A DNA stretch of 64,000 nucleotides, from NCBI RefSeq assembly GCF_009834535.1, contig NC_045697.1:7442001-7506000 (forward strand), given 5' to 3'. Of the stretch, positions 54,352 to 64,000 are shown in pieces; position 1 is the stretch's first letter, and each line of letters begins with the position of its first letter. The translations under genes were made by a program, and so were the position numbers. The notes under the pieces are model-generated. The model was not told the origin of the DNA, searched no databases, and was given only the letters and a program-made list of their open reading frames with translations. The stretch is from Camelus ferus. Taxonomy: Eukaryota.

Positions 54352-54910
54352 TGTTAGGTAGTTAGATAAGTGAGGGCACCGGGCAGACAGGTGGAGGAGA
54401 GAAGGGATGTACCGGAAGATGGCGATACGCCCGCCTGCAGCATAAGGGACTTCACTTCTTCTGAATGAGTGCCAGCAAGAAACCGGTTCGAACCCGACAG
54501 CTACAACGTTGCGGTAGCAGCAAGGACTTAACCGGATACTGTGCGATGTTCATTGCATTATAATTAACACTGCAGTTTAGTCCCCCGCCCCCTATAGTTT
54601 ATTTTCTGTATGCACCCTGAGTAAGGACATGCGCAAAGGGGCCAAACCTGACTAAGCGCTCCAGGGACAAGAGCCATCAACCAATGAGGAGAGCAACTCT
54701 AAGCGAGGGTGTAAGAGAAAGGGGGGGGGGGGGACAAAAAACCCTGCTTTTTCCTCCCTTGGATCAGCCCACATCCCGTTCCTGGAGTCATACTTTTCCT
54801 TTTTAAAATAAATCTTTAAAAATCTTTCACTACACAACTCACTATCTCCCAACTGTAAACTTGTCTTTGGGGAATGACGAGAACTAGGGGCTTTGCCTTC
54901 TGGGGCAGCA
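54352..54910 (+). mobile_element. ERV1-like solo LTR with perfect 4-bp TSD CTAC
   Basis: ctac|TGTTAGGTAG...GGGGCAGCA|ctac, CCAAT at ~54681, AATAAA at ~54807, many CpGs retained. Confidence 0.9.
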
Positions 54911-57304
54911 CTACCCCCAGTGCAGCTCCAAGGGTGGGGAGGATGACAGGTTGGGGATCTGGAAGAAGAAAGCACCAGTGCCAACTCATCACCTGAGGAT
55001 CTTACAGAGGGCTCCTTACCATCGTGGCCTCGGAGCTGCCCAGGCTGACAGAGGAGCAGCTGGGCTTGGCCCCTGGGTCCCCAGAAAGTGCAAGACCACA
55101 GCTGACTTCCAGGCCTTTGGGGAGGCGGCAGAACTTTGCTGAGAGAGGGAGTCCAGCGTGGCCTTTCAGGGGCTTTGTGATGAGGACAAGGTGACCCCGC
55201 TGAAGATGTTAACATGCGTCCTGAGACGGGAAAGCAGGTGGGAACCCAGGAGTCTCAGGTGATAGCTGCAGGCAGAGCTGGAGGCGGAAGACCCCCAGGC
55301 AGTCCACCCCCCTCAGCAGGTGTCAGGTGAGGAAGGATGCCAACCGCCAGCCAGGTGCACCCTCCTCCTCTGTGCCCGGAACCACTCAGGAATTTGGCTG
55401 AAACTCAGAGTAAGAGCCTCCCTCTCATCTCCTCGGTGATTTAGATGAAAATCCGGGTACAGCAGGGAAATGAGAATACTCAGTATTGAATTTTTCTCAA
55501 ACTAAGTCTCTGACCTGTAAAAGAGAAGAAATTGAAATGTAAAATATTGAAGTTTTGACACCACTGAGTTTGATGATGCCAGAATGTTTTATGCATTCGT
55601 TTATTTGGGATTCGGTGATCTATTAGGGTTAGTTTAGATTGTACCTGTACAGTCATATGGAAGGTATGTCCTGCCAGTGATTTTTTTTTCAAGCAATAGC
55701 TTCAGGCTTTGAAATGTCAGAAAACAGGGGCTAAGATTTCACCTGTGTGCCCCTGGATAAAAGGACCACTCCTCTGCTGTTTCAGGGATCTTCGAAGAGC
55801 ATTTCCAGTCCCTCTTTAGTGAGAATTTCCCCTTTGTGCTAAAATAATAAGATAATAGCTGGAATTGCCAAATAAGTAAATGTTGTATGAAGTGCGGCTG
55901 GGAAACAACCAACCAACCAAATGAACAAACAGAAGTCAAAGAAACACCACACACTCACACGCCTGAAGTCTAAGATGCCCAGAGCCAAACACAAGCTTAC
56001 AGATCAATTCCAGCTTCCTCATTTTACAAAGAACAAAGTCTTGATCCAGTGAGGGCATTTGAATTACTGGGAAATACCAAGCAGATCTGTCGCAGGGTCA
56101 AGTGTCCATCACCTGACCTGCTTTTCACTGTCCCCTCCAGAGTGGGTGGCATTCAAAGGAGGCGCTAATTCAGGATCTTGGCAAGGAAGAGTGATTTTCC
56201 CTGCGACAGCAAGACAGACAAGTGGGAGACAGCAGCCTCCTCAATACACTGGATACATTTAAACTACACTTACATAAGCTTCAAAATGCTGTGGGCGTTA
56301 TGTGCTGTCTATAAATTATCAACAGTAAATGAAGACTTTGGAAGAAAGCCAATGCATCTATATCGGCACTCAGCCCATTCCAATCTACGCGCAGTACGTC
56401 TGCTTTTTTAAAAAGCAAGCTGTAAGAATCGCAAGGCTTATCCATGGGTGACAACGAGATCATCCACACATGGCCTCTCCCTTACTAAGTACAAAGGAGC
56501 AATTAACGTTCTCGTTTTACACACGTGGAAACAGACTCGGTGAAATTGTCACAGGCTCAAAAGGGACAGAGCCAGGACTCGAATCTAAGTCGAGTGATTT
56601 TAACGAGATGGTTGAAGCTGGCCCTGCGAAGTTTTCCTCTGTCTGACAAGCATTATGCAGAATCTGCAGGAATCATGAGTTTGCTCTGATACAGCTGCCC
56701 TAGCCTAGGGTTTGGATTCTGGAATCTTGATTCTGTCACTTATGCTTCTAGTGACCATGGCAAGACCCCTAACCTCCCAGAATTTAATTCACAGATTTAT
56801 TACTTCATTGAGCTTTAATCATGTGCTCATTCTGTGCCAGACACCACCAGGTGCTAAATACACAGTCCCAGAAAGGAAAATGACAATGCTGCCCAGCCTT
56901 CATAAAGTTCCTCGTTTCTCAATGAGTAGAATATGACTTAAAGCTGTTGCTATGCTTACTTCAGAGGTCTCTTGCCTGAACTGAACGTGATATTATCAAT
57001 GCTTCATAAAACATAATATAACGTACAAGTCCAAAGGCTTATCAGAATGTACTTTACCCACAGGCAGAAAGTAACATCTTGTATATTTCTGTTTATTTTC
57101 TAACTCCTGATTTAAAAAAAAGAAAATTCCTAAGAAGGTCTTACATTCCCCAGGCAAGTCACGCAGAGGCTGAACTGAATTTAGGAAAATGCAGAGCAGG
57201 TTGTTGCTTCTCAGTTTACTTAGCTAGTAGCTTTCCTTTTGTTTGAAATGCAATAAAGCACTGCCTCCAGAAGTTCTGGCAGAAACATAGATCCCTCACC
57301 TGGC

Positions 57305-57890
57305 AGTGCATATGATATTGGTGCAGGAAACAGAAAGCTCTAAAGTATTTACCAGGGAAGGGTTCAATACTGGGAATTCGGTGCTCACAAAACTGGAAAG
57401 CCTGAGGGAGCAAGTTTTGAAGTGAGTCCCAGAGCAACACCAAACTCGACCACTAGGGAAACTACTGCTTGTGTGAGAGCCACCAGCTAGTCTGGAAGGA
57501 GGCTCACACCTGAAAAATATGGTCCCCGGAACTGAAATCCCAGGAGCAGGAAGCCATGTGAGGAAACCCCCATGGCTGCAGCTTCTAAACACTGAGGAAG
57601 CTGGGGAGTAAGCTGAGAAGCTGCCTAGGCAGGACCTCATGCATCCACTGTCTGCAGCAGGAGCAGCCTGGACCACCGGTCGTGGCCTCTGACCCAGCCC
57701 TGCCTCCTCAGTGTCTCCCAAGTTCCCCTAGAGCCCTAGCCCCAGGGAAGCTGCACAGATGAAGTCTGCAGCTTTCCAGCGTTTCCAGCGTGAAAGGAGA
57801 GGATGGGCGATGAGTGAGCCAATCCTCAATTTTTCTTCTGCCATTTCCGGTTTCAGTTCTGCCATTTCCAATGCATGAGACTTTGGATAC
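57305..57890. mobile_element. Possible ancient ERVL/MaLR-type LTR
   Basis: 'gcaggaaacagaaagctctaaagtatttaccagggaagggttcaatactgggaatt' resembles old MLT/ERVL LTR ends; weak. Confidence 0.35.
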
Positions 57891-59009
57891 AGGCCCCTGT
57901 GAACTTCTCCCCCTGTGAGTAGGAAAATGCACACCTTTCTCATTTTACCAGCTTGTCCTATATAGTCCCAGAAATTAACAATGTGACCAGTGCTTTTAAA
58001 AGGCTACCAGAAAAAGAAAAGTTGTCAGGTTCTTTTCGACCTCTTCTTCATCTTGTGTGTTTATGTGACGTCATTGTCTCCTACTTGCCTGCAGGTGATG
58101 GCATGCACCTTTATTTTTGTCTTGATTCTATGCAAATTGGAAAAGGGCTCAAAGATAAAGTTACCTGAAGAGGACTGGTAGGGAGGAATGGGGAAATCCA
58201 TTCATGAAAGGAGACATTTCTTAAAGTTAATAAAGTAAGACTGCCCCCTGCCCCGCCCCACTCTGTGTGCAGTGTAACAGCTAGCCCAGTCCCTGGTGGG
58301 CAAAGACGATCATGGAGCCGTTTTGGTACAGTGGCTGCTGTTTAAAATTGGGATGAGAAGATTCAAACCCTGTTGTCACCCTTCCTTAGAGGTTGGCTGT
58401 GCCACACAGGTTAGCAATGTTTTCCTTTACAGGATTTGTGAGGAGGCTGGAATAAAATGGCATCACCGAAGGGATTTGAAGTTTAATACTAATCACATAG
58501 AAGGAAATACTACTATTCGCTGAAAAAAAAAATCAGCATGAGACCCCTGAATCTCTAGCAGTAAAGGAAGGGGAAGTTCTGTTAGAGGCAGATGGCCCGT
58601 TTTGTTTTTCTCAAGTGCAGTCCTTGAACAATCCTCCTGAGTTACTGGCTTGCGTGGGTCCGTTTGAGACCCCTCAGATACTAGTGAGGAAAAAGGTGGA
58701 AGAGAAAGTTCCTGGGACTGTGATTTTATAACTAACCATCTTTTCTTGAACTAGATGTATGAGGGAGGTGCAATTATCTTCTTCTTCTCTAGTTGTAGAA
58801 ACTGAAGCTTTTCGAGGTCACCTAAGTGGTGAGTGGTGGAGTCAGATTCAGTCAAGATTTATCTGACCTGAAAGCCTGCGTTCTTTACACTGCACAACAC
58901 TGCCTGAGTAACAAAACAATCTCATTTAAAAGAGTCAAACTGGTTTAGCAAATGCTCACAGAGCATTTTCTGCAGAAGGCTGCTAAATTTTCCTCCAAAG
59001 TAGAACTGC

Positions 59010-59775
59010 TGGGAGTGCTGCCTCTCAGGCAGACCACCTGGTTCTGAATTCTCGCTCTTTCCCTTGTCAGCTGTGTGGCCTGAGGCAGTGAGGCAGTCAC
59101 CCTGTGCCTCAGCTTTTTTATTTCTAAAAATGGGTTTAAGTAATTAACAACCCCATAGGATGATTTTGTTTTCATTTTTTTTTCTTTATAGGTTACTACA
59201 AGACATATAGTTCCCTGTGCTATATACAGTGTAAATTTACTGTTTATTTTATATATAGTAGTTAGTATCTGCAAATCTCAGACTCTCAATTTATCCCTTC
59301 CCACCCCCTTCCCCGCCTGGTAACCATAAGTTTGTTTTCTATGTCTGTGAGTCTGTTTCTGTTTTGTAAATAAATTTGTCTTTTTTTTTCTTTTTAGACT
59401 CCACATATTTTTCTTTCTCTTTCTGGCTTACTTCACTTAGGTGGAAAATCCAGGTACTATACATGTTGCTGCAAATGGCATTATTTTATTCTTTTTTATG
59501 GCTGAGTAGTATTCCACTGTATAAACATACCACAACTTCTTTATCCAGTTATCTGTCAATGGACATTTAGGTTGTTTCCATGTCTTGGCTATCGTAAATA
59601 GTGCTGCTATGAACATTGGGGTGCATGTATCTTTTCGAATTAAAGTTCCCTCTGGATTTAGGCCCAGGAGTGGGATTGCTGGATCATATGGTAAGTAAAG
59701 ATGAAATGAATTAATATGTAGAAAGATCTGAGCACAGGACTAGTCATAGTGTGAAGCCTCAATAAGTGTTTGGTC
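59010..59775 (+). mobile_element. MIR split by an L1 insertion
   Basis: Left 'cctggttctgaattctcgctct...cctcagctttttta...ccccataggatgattttg'; right 'taaagatgaaatga...tcaataagtgtttgg'. Confidence 0.75.
59169..59695 (-). mobile_element. Young L1 3' fragment lacking the terminal 3' UTR
   Basis: Near-identical to 60660-61240 but stops at the internal A-rich tract. Confidence 0.9.
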
Positions 59776-60494
59776 CTAGCAGGAAAATAACAGTAAGGAG
59801 ATTATAACAGAGTGGCATGATGAGCTCTGATGTCAGCCCCCAGCATCCTCTCTTTAGCTCTCACCAAGAAAACCACTTTAAAGAGAACCCCTGGACTCTA
59901 AAATCAGCAAAACTGCTCAAACAGAAATCTATCTCCACTGAGAAATGCCAAGGACCCCTGACTAGAGTCAAGAATGGATTCATTGACGGCACCTTTAACA
60001 AAGTACACGTTCAGAGAATTCATAGTCACCTGTTGGGCACTAAAAGGGTAATAACCACAAAGAAAGGTAAAATGCACTGAGTCCAGAATGAATAGTCTTT
60101 GAAAGGAGATAAGTAACCATTAGAAGGGTGTTCATATTTATGGAAGGTGCCACATGACATAAATTTGATATGTACATTTTCCTTTAATGTTCACACCAAC
60201 TGTATAAAGTATGGATGGTGATTCCTCCTTCACAGATGCTTCCACTGTGGCTAAAAAAAAAAATGAGTTGTCAGAGGTCATAGACTTTATCAAGAGGAAG
60301 CACTAAGACGTTGGCGTCTGTCACTTAGATCCTAAAGCTCATTCTTCCCATTATGCCACCAGATCCCAGTGGGTGGTGTTTAACACAGGAGATTTGCAAG
60401 ATGATTCTCAAACAAAAGACACAAGAGATTTCATGGTAAAATAGTGGTTAAATCTCCATAGCTTTTTCTTATTATTGATTCATGCTCCTTAGCC

Positions 60495-61712
60495 CAGGGC
60501 TTGGCAAACTGCCACCTTTTTTTAATGCATAAAATTTTCCTGGAATACAGCTGTGCCCTTTTTTTCTCTCTTTTTTTTAAAGAATGAAGTACAGTCAGTT
60601 ACAATGTGTCAATTTCTGGTATACAATGTCCCAGTCATGTATATACATACATATATATTCATTTTCATATTCTTTTTCATTAAAGGTTATTATAAGATAT
60701 TGAACATAGTTCCTTGTGCTATACAGAATAATTTTGGGTTTTTTTAAATCTGTTTTTATATTTAGTGGCTAACATTTGCAAACCTCATACTCCCAAATTT
60801 ATCACTTCCCACCCTCTTTCCCCCTGGTAACCGTAAGACTGTTTACCATGTCCGTGAGTCTGTTTCTGTTTTGTAGATGAGTTCATTAGTGTCCTCTCTC
60901 TTTTTTCTTTTCTTTTTTCGTTTTTTAAGATTCCACATATGAGTGATATCACATGGTATGTTTCTTTCTCTTTCTGGCTTACTTCACTTAGAATAACGAT
61001 CTCTAGGTCCATCCATGTTGCTGCAAATGGCATTATTTCATTCTTTTTTATGGCCGAGTAGTATTCCATTATATAAATATACCACTCCTTCTTTATCTGT
61101 CTTTATCTGTCGATGGACATGTAGGTTGTTTCCATGTCTTGGCTATTGTATATAGTGCTGCTATGAACATTGGAGTGCGTGTATATTTCTGAATTACAGT
61201 TCCTTCCAGGCATATGCCCAGGAGTGGGATTGCTGGATCATCGGTTAACTCTATTTTTAGTCTTTTGAGAAATCTCCATACTGATTTCCATAATGGCTGC
61301 ACCAAACTACATTCTCACCAGCAGTGTAGGAGGGTTACTTTTACTCCACAGCCTCTGCAGCATTTATTGTTTGTGGACTTTTGAATGATGGCCATTCTGA
61401 CTGGTGTGAGGTGATACCTCATTGTAGTTTTGATTTACATTTCTCTGATAATTAGTGATATTGGGCATTTTTTGTGTGCCTATTGGCCATTTGTATGTCT
61501 TCATCAGAGAATTGCTTGCTTAGGTCAAAACAAACAACCCAATCCAAAAATGGGCAGACCTAAACATGCCCTTTCTTTTGAGTGCTGTCTCAGGCTGCTA
61601 GGTGCTACAATGGCAGACTGGAGAAAGTTGAGCTGCAACAGAGCACAGGGGGCCTGCCAAGCCTAAAATATTTTCTGTCTGACTCTTTACTAGAGAAGTT
61701 TGTTAATCTCTA
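60495..61712 (+). mobile_element. MER58A (hAT-Charlie) split by an L1
   Basis: Left 'cagggcttggcaaact...ggaatacagctgtgccc'; right 'gctacaatggcaga...gcctaaaatattttctgtctgactctttactagagaagtttg'; both match the recalled MER58A consensus. Confidence 0.85.
60562..61566 (-). mobile_element. Young ~1 kb L1 with 40-bp 5' inversion, TSD TGCCCTTT
   Basis: ORFs 61093-61305 and 60785-61069 translate the L1 ORF2 C-terminus ([48 protein letters not shown]). tgcccttt at 60554-60561 and 61567-61574. Confidence 0.95.
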
Positions 61713-64000
61713 CTCTAGACTCCTCAAGGATCTAACATGGCCAGGTTATTTTTGGAAAAATAAGTCTAACGCATCATTTCTACATCAGTGCATGTCCCTC
61801 TCCTCTATTTTTGTAACACCACTGAGGTCCCAAAGTCACTCGGCTACGGGTCTTGCAGCCTTCTTCCCCACCATATAGATATAACCCATAGTTGGGTTAT
61901 TTCTCACATTCCAGAATCAAATTTTAAAATTCAGTGAAAAAAAAATTCACCTGCTCCTGAATATAGGCTATAGATATGCTTGAGAAACTGGAAAATTTCA
62001 TTAAGACAATAACTTTCCAGGACAGTTTAGAACATCTTTCGAGATTTAGGAAATTCTAACATATCTAGTTTCATTTTGAAATTCTTTTTGAAATTGAATA
62101 TCGTGTTAACTGAAGCCCATGGGTCTCCAGCAAAACCTTAACAATTGGGAAAATTCTCCGAAACAATTTGAAAACTTTCTAAAGTTATTTTAGAAGTTTA
62201 CCAAAACAAAACAAAACAAAACAATTAGGATGTCTAGAAAGTATTGGTCACTTCGACTTGTGGCAAAATTTTCCCTAGTTGTCAAATTTGAAATGGAATG
62301 AATGAAGAAATAAAATAAAGCAAGAAAAGAAAAAAACATAGCTAGAGAAGAAGTAGCTGTGGAGTTAACCATATGAAATAAGATTAAGGTCCTGATTTAT
62401 GACAATTGTGAAAGGATTATTACAAGCGTGACCCATACATTTATCAAAATTGTATCGGTATCTCTGAGAGTACAGGACCCTGTGCAAAAGAGGAAAATCG
62501 GAGCTGAGTCAGTGTCCCTATTTATCTCAGTGTCATTTGCAAATTTGCTAACTAGAGATAAACCAAACTGATGGGTTAAGATGACTTTGTTCTGATTAAT
62601 TTTACGGTAATTCTGAGGGCTTCAGTTTTAAATGAATTGTTTGAATACTAAATTATGCAGCTTTATGATCCAGGAGATAAGCAGCAGCTCTAAAGATGCC
62701 TCTGAGACTTAAAAGAGACAGCATTAGAAGCTCATTATTGCCGGCACATTTAACATGGTTAAAGTTGGGGAAAATAGCCATTAAGTTAATGTAATAGTTA
62801 AACTGCATTAATTTGAAAAACTGCCCAGTGAAACACTTACAGCAGAGGGTTTATTTTTTTCCCCTTACGTGGAGACATTCTTAAAAAATAAAATAAAAGG
62901 CATTTCAAGATTTTTCCCTCCCCTCCTCAAGGCACTTTGGAATTTGGAATTCCAGGCTTTTTCTGATGTGGGTAGAACGAGGGCCACTCTCCGTTCGGTC
63001 GCACAGTAAGGAAGAGGGGAGGGTCCGCTCCCACCTGTGGTCTGTGATGCTTTAGGTCCCATGTTGAGCTGAGTAGTCAATTCAAAGAATGAAAAAGCAT
63101 CACCAGAGCTTGCCTTGAAAGCCACAGGGAACACAAGGATTTGTGTCTTGGGGAATGGAAGAGGCTTTTTAATCTCTTGGAATCTGACTATTTTCTTGAG
63201 AAATCAATAAAAATTGGGTGGGGAATTGCTTGTTGACGATTCCCAGATGACCACACAGCATGATATTTCATCATAAAGTTCTCTCTTTCTTTGAAAAAAA
63301 ATAAACTTTGGCTGCTCGAAGTCTCTCCCTCCATTAGCCTTCACGTCAGTGAACTGCCCTGCTTCTGTGGCCTTTCTCCTAGTCCTACCTTTTATTACCC
63401 AGTTGTTTTGTTTTCTCAAAGAGAATCCACTGTTTTACTTTAATTACTTCAGCTAGTAAAAGGGTGCACCATGCTGCTTATTATCACTGTTATGTTACCT
63501 TTGATAATTATGACGAAGGGTGCATTTGATCCCATGACATCCTCTGTGTCCTCAAAGTGGAAGATGTATCTCTGTCTGAATTTCTTAAGATCAGGATGTC
63601 TGTCATCAGCTGCATCATGAGCATATTAATCCAAAGACCTGACCAAAAACTGAGCTGTCTGAAGCTTAATGAATACAATACATTTCAATTCGTAACACAG
63701 TAAATCTCATTCATATGCCAGTTCACTCCTTTGCAATTCTCCCTTTTGGAAAACAGCACTAGTATTTTTTCAGTCAGATATATCTATGCCTATATATTTA
63801 ATGAAATCATATCTGATTCCTTCTCCCCTCTTTCTTTTTATGCTCTCTCAGTCACAGAGACCAGCTCATAGAACACTGTTTAAGAGAGCAGCATGATCAC
63901 AGTATTTGAAACTCATTCAACCAACAAGCATCTAACTTTAAGGCCAAGGCAAGATGTATTTTAAATTATGAGTATTTGTATCAAAGCTCTGCTAATGGTA

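Noticed and set aside
54652..55215. 187-aa ORF on the - strand (longest in the track)
   Set aside because: About half lies antisense in a solo LTR including a poly(G) run; no domain; open by chance in GC-rich DNA
1..64000. Prokaryotic-type systems (CRISPR arrays, operons, defence islands), tRNA/rRNA genes, processed pseudogenes, NUMTs
   Set aside because: The sequence is mammalian non-coding DNA; I recognised no spaced-repeat arrays, long ORFs or structural-RNA matches

Overview
Mammalian (eutherian) genomic DNA, almost entirely non-coding and rich in transposon remnants. The youngest L1 3' UTRs resemble the cetartiodactyl and, from memory, camelid type, and I saw no Alu, B1, BovB/Bov-tA or PRE-1 elements; the species call is an inference. 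The only gene-like signal is a candidate minus-strand first exon at about 4616-4850. It has a strong CAG|GTAAGC donor, a good-Kozak ATG at 4671 and a CATAAAA TATA-like box at 4880-4874; I could not identify the gene. If it is real, 1-4615 is intron and the remaining ~59 kb is upstream sequence. The rest is L1 fragments of several ages, L2 and MIR relics, MLT1/MLT2 LTRs, a MER58A split by an L1, microsatellites, and about 11 ERV1-like solo LTRs or fragments, most in two clusters (21.5-30.2 kb and 51.6-54.9 kb). Structures visible directly include two 5'-inverted (twin-primed) L1 insertions with target-site duplications (TSDs), an LTR nested in an LTR, and several LTRs with 4-bp TSDs. The supplied ORFs appear spurious apart from L1/L2 protein relics. 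I found no convincing novel biological system. Repeat family names come from recalled consensus sequences, not a search, and boundaries of old repeats are approximate.
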